From positions 1-22,052 of the forward strand of contig JAYUEN010000050.1 of the NCBI GenBank assembly GCA_043739185.1: a DNA stretch of 22,052 bases, read 5' to 3'. The stretch comes from Bdellovibrionales bacterium. Its GTDB lineage: Bacteria; Bdellovibrionota; Bdellovibrionia; Bdellovibrionales; JAMPXM01. This document shows positions 1 through 7,124 of the stretch, in pieces. The translations under genes were made by a program, and so were the position numbers. The number at the start of each line of letters is the position of its first letter. The first letter of the stretch is position 1. A model generated the notes under the pieces. That model was not told the DNA's origin, ran no database searches, and saw only the letters and a list, made by a program, of their open reading frames with translations.

Positions 1-60
1 TCCAGTTACCTCATAAGCTTTACTATTTAAAATAAAATAGATGGATTTTCGAGATTTCAT
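1..60 (-). CDS. 5' fragment of a gene running off the window edge; possibly a [2Fe-2S] xanthine dehydrogenase small-subunit-like N-terminus
   Basis: Manual translation from ATG at 60 gives MKSRKSIYFILNSKAYEVTG, open to the edge and preceded by GGGGGTG. F-x-L-N-x5-V resembles XdhA/CoxS N-termini, but only 20 aa are visible. Confidence 0.3.
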   Translation of the reverse strand, partial: MKSRKSIYFILNSKAYEVTG

Positions 61-132
61 CACCCCCATACGATTTCACAAATTTGATCTAGGGGCTAGT
101 GATTTTAGCTACGACGGGCTCTAAAATACGGA

Positions 133-537
133 CTATTCATCCTTGGGAAAAGTTGCTTGAATAAGCCTGGGCGCAGTTTTCGAGCTAATTTCGTTTGATT
201 GGGCAAGAGCCTGATCATAGTCAGTTTTTGATTTGATTAGTTTTGCATTGAATTGAATTTTGGGCTCAAGTTCAGACTTTAAACTTTGAACTTGGCGCTT
301 TTCAGCAGAGGTTTTGGGCTCAGTACAGAGCGCTATATTTGTGCTTTTGCGAGTGATAAGTGGTTGGCGCTCAGGCGCGATGCGAAGTATCGATATGACT
401 TCTTGCTTTTCGAGGCTGTCAAACTTGAGATTTTCAATTGCGCATAATTCTTCATTTGAATAGGGAATGCTCGTTGCACATGAAATTTGAATCCCAGCTG
501 TAGCGAATATCAGAAATAAACTAAAGTGATTTTTCAT
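133..537 (-). CDS. Hypothetical lipoprotein (134 aa)
   Basis: Hydrophobic N-terminus ending in a lipobox-like IQISC; no recognisable domain. Confidence 0.6.
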   Translation of the reverse strand: MKNHFSLFLIFATAGIQISCATSIPYSNEELCAIENLKFDSLEKQEVISILRIAPERQPLITRKSTNIALCTEPKTSAEKRQVQSLKSELEPKIQFNAKLIKSKTDYDQALAQSNEISSKTAPRLIQATFPKDE

Positions 538-577
538 TGCAAACCTTTTTCTAATTTGAAGATTCTGGTCATCTTTT

Positions 578-604
578 CTATCGGTTTTTTGAGAGCTCCT
601 CCTA
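578..604 (-). promoter_or_regulatory. Putative sigma-28 (FliA) promoter for 133..537
   Basis: Minus strand reads TAGG-N15-ACCGATAG versus consensus TAAA-N15-GCCGATAA, about 40 nt upstream of the ATG. Confidence 0.45.
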
Positions 605-620
605 AATGATTTACAGAGTT

Positions 621-635
621 ATCTCAATTTGAGAC
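621..635. promoter_or_regulatory. Palindromic operator-like site ATCTCA-ATT-TGAGAC
   Basis: Dyad TCTCAA-T-TTGAGA in a divergent intergenic region; a similar site lies at 5817..5831. Confidence 0.4.
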
Positions 636-636
636 G

Positions 637-665
637 TGGACAGCTTAAGTGACTAACTATAGACT
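637..665 (+). promoter_or_regulatory. Putative sigma-70 promoter, probably giving a leaderless transcript
   Basis: TGGACA-N17-TAGACT; the predicted +1 falls at or near the ATG at 672, and no Shine-Dalgarno is visible. Confidence 0.4.
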
Positions 666-671
666 TGCTTT

Positions 672-1331
672 ATGAGTGAAGAAAAAATTGAATTGGTTCA
701 CAAACATAGCCTTTGGCTCAGATGGCTCCACTGGATTCATTTTCCAGTTTTGATGCTCATGATATTAAGTGGTCTTCAAATTTATTGGGCCAATGATATT
801 TACACCAGAAGCTTTCTAGACCGTAAACTATTCAATTATTTAGGATTAGATCACAAGCTTGCCGACGGAATGTACCTTCATTTTACATTAGCTTGGATTT
901 TGGTGGCCAATGCGATCTTGTACATAGGCTATTTATTAGCTTCGGGCGAGTGGCGAGAACTATTGCCAGAACCTAGGTCCTTTCGGCAGGCCATCGTCGT
1001 ACTTCTACATGATTTAGGTCTTTCAAAGAATTTGCCGCCTCAAGGGAAATTCAATGCGGCCCAAAGAATTGCCTATACGTCGGTATTGTTTATCGGATTT
1101 ATCGCAATTGTCTCGGGAATTGCTATTTATAAACCAGTGCAATTGCTTTGGTTGACTCGATTGTTTTTCGGTTATGAGGGCGCTAGACTTATACATTTTG
1201 GCTCTATGCTGAGCCTCCTTGGTTTTTTTTGCATTCACTTGGCACAAGTCATTCGTTCGGGATGGAACAATTTCCAGGCCATGATAACCGGCTTTGAGGT
1301 AAAAAATGAACCTAAAAATAAAAGCCAGTGA
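672..1331 (+). CDS. Di-haem cytochrome b membrane subunit (Ni/Fe-hydrogenase cyt b / YdhU-PhsC-like family)
   Basis: About 4 TM helices with His ligands (RWLHW, YLHF, LIHF, CIHL), LSGLQIY, and a family-typical GKFNAAQRIAY; overlaps the molybdoenzyme gene. Confidence 0.85.
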   Translation: MSEEKIELVHKHSLWLRWLHWIHFPVLMLMILSGLQIYWANDIYTRSFLDRKLFNYLGLDHKLADGMYLHFTLAWILVANAILYIGYLLASGEWRELLPEPRSFRQAIVVLLHDLGLSKNLPPQGKFNAAQRIAYTSVLFIGFIAIVSGIAIYKPVQLLWLTRLFFGYEGARLIHFGSMLSLLGFFCIHLAQVIRSGWNNFQAMITGFEVKNEPKNKSQ

Positions 1332-2109
1332 TTGGAAAAAGAAATCTCGACGAAGTTTTATCTTAGCGGGCCTCACTTCACTTTTTGGAAGCCTAGGTTT
1401 TTGGGCACTACGAAACCAAACTGAAGAAGAAGATGAGGTCCCTTGGCCATTTCGCCGGGCACTCAACTTTAATGAGAAAATTTGGAATAAGCTTTTTAAT
1501 GCCGCTTCGGTTGATGAAAATCCTAAAGCCCCTGAAAAAGGCCTTGTGGCAAGGCTAAATGGCGATATTGGGATCGATGAAAAAATAGATCTGAATAGTT
1601 GGCGACTCATCGTTAGTCCTGGAGTCAAAATTGAGGAGGCCAATGACTTAAGAAATAAAATTCTCTCCCTAGAGGATTTAAAACAACTTCCTCAGATTAA
1701 TTTAACTGAAGTTTTTAAATGCGTAGAGGGTTGGAGTCAGGTCATTTCATATAGAGGCATACGTTTTAGTGATTTTTTAAATCATTATAAGCTAGCTGCT
1801 AAGACCGAAAAGGCATGGGGGAAGGATGTGGATCCTAACCAATTGTTTAAGTATGTGGGCTTAGAAACTCCAGATGCTGTCTATTATGTATCTATTGATA
1901 TGAAAAGTATGCTGCATCCAAAAACTTTGCTTGTTACTGAAATGAACGGAGAAATATTATCCCCAGGGCACGGAGCGCCACTTAGGCTCATAATTCCGGT
2001 CAAATACGGCATCAAAAATCTGAAGTGCATTGGCCGGATATTCTTTTCAGATGAGCAGCCGCCCGACTACTGGACGGAACAAGGTTATGACTGGTATGCA
2101 GGCTTGTAA
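1306..2109 (+). CDS. Tat-exported molybdopterin-dependent oxidoreductase (sulfite oxidase / MsrP-like family)
   Basis: Twin-arginine SRRSFI plus hydrophobic stretch; Mo-ligand motif FKCVEGWS; HGAPLRLIIPVKYGIKNLK; C-terminal YWTEQGYDWYAGL. Confidence 0.9.
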   Translation: MNLKIKASDWKKKSRRSFILAGLTSLFGSLGFWALRNQTEEEDEVPWPFRRALNFNEKIWNKLFNAASVDENPKAPEKGLVARLNGDIGIDEKIDLNSWRLIVSPGVKIEEANDLRNKILSLEDLKQLPQINLTEVFKCVEGWSQVISYRGIRFSDFLNHYKLAAKTEKAWGKDVDPNQLFKYVGLETPDAVYYVSIDMKSMLHPKTLLVTEMNGEILSPGHGAPLRLIIPVKYGIKNLKCIGRIFFSDEQPPDYWTEQGYDWYAGL

Positions 2110-2113
2110 ATTC

Positions 2114-2938
2114 CTAGAGGCGCAAGGACTCATCAACATTTGCTTTTAAATACTCAAACTCTTGCGAGCGTCTTGGTAGCTGGTTTAGTACCTCGAGAAA
2201 CCTGGGGGTATTTTCATTTGAAATAAAAGCCAAACTTTCTCGCGCCACAAGTTTACTGACATAACTTGAGCCCGAAACTAAACTTTGCAGTAAAAATGAA
2301 TCGACACGGGATTTTTCGTTTGTTCCGATATAGCGCTTAAGTTCTTGAATTCCTTTTTCGTAAAGTGGCGCGCTGACGCTCTCACTCAAGCCTGCAATGA
2401 GTGCTTCACAATTTATATTTGAGATAGGAAGACTCGCGGCCAAGCTGAGAGCCTGATCCTTGATATCGTCATCCGGAAACTCCAAAAAAAAGCGCGTAAT
2501 TTCAGATGCCCGTGTGAGGAGTTCGGTATCCTGATAGTTTTCCTTTTCAATGATTTTTTGAAATCCAGACATTTCATTCATTAGTGTTTCACGAAGCGCC
2601 GTACGATAGGATTGCGCACTCGACTGGTCAAAATTGCAATTTTCAGATTCAAAACACTTTAACAAGCGCTGCATTTCTTTTAAACTTCTATGTACACTTT
2701 TATTATTTTTATTGAATGGCTTTTCAAGTCCTTCAAAGTTTTTAATATCAAAAGCCTTTGACCCTATGGGCCCCCTCGTCGCAACATCCATGCTGGATGA
2801 AGACGACGAGGAGATTTCATTCCCTGTACCTGGCTGGTCCTTTTGTGTTCCCCGAAACTGGCTCTTTAAACTATGACTACCCCATAATAATACTGCTACC
2901 AAAATAATACCTAAACTTGTAACGCTCGAATTTTTCAT
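2114..2938 (-). CDS. Membrane-anchored or exported alpha-helical (HEAT-like) hypothetical protein
   Basis: N-terminal hydrophobic segment, Ser-rich linker, C-x5-C pair, then amphipathic helical repeats; its ATG directly follows the stop of the upstream gene. Confidence 0.7.
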   Translation of the reverse strand: MKNSSVTSLGIILVAVLLWGSHSLKSQFRGTQKDQPGTGNEISSSSSSSMDVATRGPIGSKAFDIKNFEGLEKPFNKNNKSVHRSLKEMQRLLKCFESENCNFDQSSAQSYRTALRETLMNEMSGFQKIIEKENYQDTELLTRASEITRFFLEFPDDDIKDQALSLAASLPISNINCEALIAGLSESVSAPLYEKGIQELKRYIGTNEKSRVDSFLLQSLVSGSSYVSKLVARESLAFISNENTPRFLEVLNQLPRRSQEFEYLKANVDESLRL

Positions 2939-4597
2939 CTACTCAATCCTTACAAATTGGTTCAACGTATTATTCGGAAAAGTGCGTCCGACATAAACGT
3001 AACCGCTGCTGTCTTGGTTTGTTATTTTCAAGAACATTTGATTATCACTACCGATAATTTTGAGATCTTCGACTATAAAATGGGTACCGTTTGAAAGCGT
3101 ACCAAGCGAAGATTTTTTATCTAGATCCGAATAGATTTTGAGTCCACCCTGCATGGTCACAACCAGTTTAGTGCCCGCAATTGGGAGGCTAATCGTAGTT
3201 GTCGCCACTGGCGCCTCAACTTTTTCAACAATGCTACTGTGGTCCTTGATGTTTCCCCCATTGAAATACCCATAGTGTCCCCTAGAACTTGCAATTTTAT
3301 AGTATCGTTCAAAGCTCTCTTGGCCTTTGATAGTATAATCAATGACTTGATAAACCTGATTTGAGGGTTTCAATGTGGCAATTATTTTTCCGTCAACTTC
3401 GTCATAAAGATTGATAGTTTTTTTGAGTTTTAAAAATTCGCCAGTTTTAATTAAATCGGGCACACGTAGACCGCAGAGTTCATCACGATTGGTATAAATT
3501 TTAGTATTCTTATCATTTTTAAGTAAGAGAAAACCATTTTCGAGCTTTTCGTCCATATTGATTTTAACTGCCGTTGATTGCACACCGAAGCACTGTGAAA
3601 GTCGCAATGATGATGCGCAAATAACATTGTGAACATCCGTGAAAAGAGGATCAACGACACAAGATGAACCGTCACTATAAATGAGTACTTTTTCAGTTGA
3701 ATCAGTTATGACGGCATCTTTTGGCTGAGGAAGATGACAAAACTCATCCCCATTATCTAAACAGGTTACATCGACTTTGGTTTTTAAATTTTCATCGGTA
3801 ACATATTTGCGCCAATCGCCTTTCACAAGATCCTGCAAGAACAATTTGTCATTGATACTCCACTGGGTATCTTTTCGAAATCGACAAAAGAATGAGCCGC
3901 TATTATAAGCTGCCCATGCCGAACGCAAGCGCAAATCAGGGTACTCTTTGCTCAGCTTTTCTTTCTTCGTGATGCAAGTAAGAGAACCATTGTCGATGCT
4001 CTCATCGATATACTTCTCATTCTCGTAAATCATTTCCATACCGAGGCTGAGATTGCCAAAGAGATCTAACGAATTGTCACGAGATCTTGAGGCATGAAAG
4101 CTCTGATTGATTTGCATAAGTCCGCGACTCACTAAGCGATTATCTGAGGCCATCAATTTAAATCTTTTATCTTTGCCGTAAGCATAGTGGGTGAACCGTG
4201 ACTCATGATAAGCGATCGACATAATTTCATCGGCAAATCTTTGCGTACGCTCTTTCAAAGCTTTTGGTTCATTCTTTTTCATAAACTGCTGGGCACTGGC
4301 TTTTACAAAGGCATAAAGTTGAGTAAGATACTTTGTCTTTTCATTTTCATTGATTTCAGTTCGATTGAAAATCAAATCACCATAAAGACTTTCAGAAAGT
4401 GTTGAATTTCCAAAAACATCTGCATCACAGAGGTTTGAATGTTGACCTAAATCTGTGCCATCTGATTCCCGATGATTGCACGCCGGAAAGATGACTACTG
4501 GTGATGCCTTCACGCTAGAAGGGACCCACATCAAACCCAAACTACTTACTAGAATCACAATGCTTAAAATTGCTTTCATGCTCATGGACTTCAGCAA
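2939..4597 (-). CDS. Exported SLT-family lytic transglycosylase with Cys-rich middle and probable SH3b-like C-terminal domains (true start may be ATG 4585 or 4579)
   Basis: Signal peptide (..SSVKA); three SLT motifs in order: IAYHES (catalytic Glu132), RGLMQIN, AAYNSG. The C-terminal beta-rich repeats (INLYDEVDGKIIATL; LKIYSDLDKKSSLGTL..SGYVY) resemble SH3b. Confidence 0.8.
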   Translation of the reverse strand: MLKSMSMKAILSIVILVSSLGLMWVPSSVKASPVVIFPACNHRESDGTDLGQHSNLCDADVFGNSTLSESLYGDLIFNRTEINENEKTKYLTQLYAFVKASAQQFMKKNEPKALKERTQRFADEIMSIAYHESRFTHYAYGKDKRFKLMASDNRLVSRGLMQINQSFHASRSRDNSLDLFGNLSLGMEMIYENEKYIDESIDNGSLTCITKKEKLSKEYPDLRLRSAWAAYNSGSFFCRFRKDTQWSINDKLFLQDLVKGDWRKYVTDENLKTKVDVTCLDNGDEFCHLPQPKDAVITDSTEKVLIYSDGSSCVVDPLFTDVHNVICASSLRLSQCFGVQSTAVKINMDEKLENGFLLLKNDKNTKIYTNRDELCGLRVPDLIKTGEFLKLKKTINLYDEVDGKIIATLKPSNQVYQVIDYTIKGQESFERYYKIASSRGHYGYFNGGNIKDHSSIVEKVEAPVATTTISLPIAGTKLVVTMQGGLKIYSDLDKKSSLGTLSNGTHFIVEDLKIIGSDNQMFLKITNQDSSGYVYVGRTFPNNTLNQFVRIE

Positions 4598-4677
4598 TCT
4601 ACAGACCAGGATTTCGTTTTGCTAAGCAGCTAGAAATTTTTACATATCTGGTTTTGGAGGAAAGGCTAATGTCCTGA

Positions 4678-4712
4678 TTTTCATAGCTCGGAAGAGAGCT
4701 CCGATATGAAAA
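4678..4712. other. Intergenic hairpin upstream of the transglycosylase gene
   Basis: TTTTCATA-(GC bulge)-TCGGA-loop AGAGAGC-TCCGA-TATGAAAA. Confidence 0.4.
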
Positions 4713-4806
4713 AAATATAAAGCCAATTGCCCGATCACTTTAAAGTAAATTACTCAGTATTTTAGTTTGAAATTTCTTCTAGAAAGGCTGCCGCAAAAAG
4801 GCAATA

Positions 4807-5772
4807 TTAGTAAAGTTCGACTAGGTCATTTTCTTTAAATCCGCTACCGGAATGAAGAACTCCTATGGCCCCGTCTTTTCCAAAATAACTAACAACTTCA
4901 ACTGTGCCCTTAACTCGTCCTGGCACCTTGCCAATGAGGGCACCGGTTTCAGGATCAAAGACGTCTTCGCCATCTTCTTCGATCTTTAAGATATCACCTA
5001 CCTGAATGCCCGAAAGCCTTCCTGCATTTAAAAATATGCGTTCGCCCTTAACTAGAGCCACTCGCCCTTCCCAAGAAAGCTTCTCAAGTGCGGCAACGAT
5101 TTTAGGAATGGTCCCCCCAAAGGCCTGAATAACTGCGGCTTGAACTAAATTAGGATCCTCAGCAAGTTCTTTATCGCTAAATGCCCGCTCAGCATAATGA
5201 GTGCTTGAATCTTCTACCTCTGCTTTTCGCATTTCATTTACCACAATGTGGCTGGTTTTAGTTGCAATTGCTTTGAGTTGAATCGAAACATTCATTTGGG
5301 CGCGAATTTCTCGCACCAAACCTACTTCGTCGCCAATCTTTTTCGCTCTCACATCTAAAATTTTACCTTCAATAATAGCCGCGACACCTATGTTCAATCC
5401 AAGCTTAGCCATTTCTTCGAGATCATATTCACCATTTTTATAAAAACTCGCAATATCCTTAGGAAAATCCGTATTCACTACGACCACAAAACTGTCGGTC
5501 TTATTGAGCCCTCTGATCAGTGCTTCTCTTGCATTCTTAGAGAGTTTATCTGAATGTGAAGCTCCGGTGGCATCAATGAAGGGAAGAACCAAAATTCTCT
5601 TTCGCGGATTTGCATCATTGGCCCGTGCTTGAAGAGCCGCATCGCGAACTTCAGGCCCCGAATTTTCAGTAACGCCTGTGACCACAGGTTCATGTTGGGA
5701 CTTAAGAGTAATACAGGAACTCTGCAGCCCGATAAGAAAGCACGCCACAATCAAAACTCTTATTTTTCTCAT
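4807..5772 (-). CDS. Lipoprotein with CsgG/TolB-N-like domain and FlgT C-terminal-like domain
   Basis: Lipobox LQSSC; RILVLPFID and AAIIEGKI CsgG-like pattern; C-terminal EGRVALVKGERIFLNAGRLSGIQVGD..DPETG..IG as in FlgT-C-like domains. Confidence 0.7.
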   Translation of the reverse strand: MRKIRVLIVACFLIGLQSSCITLKSQHEPVVTGVTENSGPEVRDAALQARANDANPRKRILVLPFIDATGASHSDKLSKNAREALIRGLNKTDSFVVVVNTDFPKDIASFYKNGEYDLEEMAKLGLNIGVAAIIEGKILDVRAKKIGDEVGLVREIRAQMNVSIQLKAIATKTSHIVVNEMRKAEVEDSSTHYAERAFSDKELAEDPNLVQAAVIQAFGGTIPKIVAALEKLSWEGRVALVKGERIFLNAGRLSGIQVGDILKIEEDGEDVFDPETGALIGKVPGRVKGTVEVVSYFGKDGAIGVLHSGSGFKENDLVELY

Positions 5773-5779
5773 ATGAAAT

Positions 5780-5809
5780 AGTTTAACACTTTGAATTGGA
5801 TTCTGTAAA
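5780..5809 (-). promoter_or_regulatory. Putative sigma-70 extended -10 promoter, probably giving a leaderless transcript
   Basis: Minus strand TTTACA-N18-TAAACT with TG-n before the -10; the ATG at 5772 lies 7 nt after the -10, with no SD. Confidence 0.4.
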
Positions 5810-5816
5810 AAATAAG

Positions 5817-5831
5817 ATCTTACTTTAAGAC
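5817..5831. promoter_or_regulatory. Palindromic operator-like site ATCTTA-CTT-TAAGAC
   Basis: Same length and pattern (ATCTYA-N3-TRAGAC) as 621..635. Confidence 0.35.
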
Positions 5832-5882
5832 TAAAGTCCTATTCGATTCTGAGGAAAACTCATTCTTGAATTGGGCTTATTC

Positions 5883-7121
5883 CTATTTGGTCCTGGTATG
5901 AACTTCGGTTTTAATCAATCGATCATTTGAATCCAAGTACTTATAATCAAAGCTATCAAGTTTGGCTGACTTAAAATGTTCGAGGATGGCATTTTCAGCA
6001 GAATTGTACTCCATTTCGAAGGTCACCTGACCACTTTCGAAAATACGCTCTTTCAAGGCTTTTATATCATGAATATTCTTGCGAATCTCATTTTTAAAAT
6101 CCTGAACTTGTTTGGGTGTGGCCAAGCCTTTAACAGAAAGCAAAATCGAATTGGAGCCGAGAGTACCCTTCTGCCAAGTCTCTAATATTTGGGCCGAAAG
6201 ATCTTTGGAAACCTCCGCAAAGACACTTTGCAATTTAACTTTCAAAACATTTGGTAAGTTCGCTCTTTCGATATTAATATTGCGAGTTACTTCCGCAATT
6301 TCTCGGTCGTTTGAATTTTGCGAAAGATTAATTCTGAGACTCATATCCATATTATTTTGTGTGGCGGCTTTGAAGATAATTTCGCCTCTTAATATTAAAT
6401 TGGCATGATAAAATCCCGCAAGATACTTCACTTCTTCTTTTTTCAAATTGGGAGTTCTCAATACCTCTGGGAGCAATTGAGATAATACCGAATTGGGCTT
6501 GAGCACAAAGAATGAGTTACGAAACATATCATCACTCAATGCGCTCTCAAAAAGCTGTGAGATTTCATTTAAATTTCTTTTGAGGTCATCATGACTATTC
6601 TCCCACCAACCGAAAGTATTCTTATCATCGCGAAAGACTAGAAGTGGCAAAATGACAGCAAGTTCATCTGAATCAACAAGCAATCCAGTGGCTTGAATCA
6701 TTTTTTTCAAAGAACTCAAGGATAATTTGAGCTCCACTTGAGCTTTAAAGTTTTTATCAGCATCCTGAACCAAGTTCTTAGAATTGCTTATTGGTATGAA
6801 CTTGGCCGCTTCGCCAACAATTTTCTTTTCAATTAAGCTTTTATTTTTTTGGTACTTTTTATCGCCCAAAATTTCAATCACTTGTTCGCGCGCCACATTC
6901 GACATCGCGTTTTGCATAATTTCTTTGGTCGCCTCAGGCGCATTGTCTGCTTTCGAACTCGCTTCAACATTAAAAGTTGCCAGGTCATCTGAAATTTCTT
7001 GGGCTAATATATTGTGACTGAACAAAAGTAAAAATGAAACCATTAGACTACGAACATTCTTGAACTTCACTGCGATCTTAAGTCGTTGATTCACTCTTAT
7101 TCCTTTCGAGGTCTGTCTCAA
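5883..7121 (-). CDS. Exported hypothetical protein, possibly FlgT-N/DUF2066-like (start uncertain)
   Basis: Signal-like LMVSFLLLFSHNILA; multi-domain alpha/beta pattern; TTG start 3 nt after the dnaE stop. The family call is tentative. Confidence 0.65.
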   Translation of the reverse strand: MRQTSKGIRVNQRLKIAVKFKNVRSLMVSFLLLFSHNILAQEISDDLATFNVEASSKADNAPEATKEIMQNAMSNVAREQVIEILGDKKYQKNKSLIEKKIVGEAAKFIPISNSKNLVQDADKNFKAQVELKLSLSSLKKMIQATGLLVDSDELAVILPLLVFRDDKNTFGWWENSHDDLKRNLNEISQLFESALSDDMFRNSFFVLKPNSVLSQLLPEVLRTPNLKKEEVKYLAGFYHANLILRGEIIFKAATQNNMDMSLRINLSQNSNDREIAEVTRNINIERANLPNVLKVKLQSVFAEVSKDLSAQILETWQKGTLGSNSILLSVKGLATPKQVQDFKNEIRKNIHDIKALKERIFESGQVTFEMEYNSAENAILEHFKSAKLDSFDYKYLDSNDRLIKTEVHTRTK

Positions 7122-7124
7122 TCC

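Noticed and set aside
61..132. Purine or Moco riboswitch ahead of the possible xdhA-like gene
   Set aside because: Only a 7-bp AT-rich dyad is present; no conserved aptamer nucleotides recognised.
1023..1643. 206-aa minus-strand ORF and the other short ORFs nested in or antisense to assigned genes
   Set aside because: They overlap well-supported genes and have no motifs; treated as shadow ORFs.
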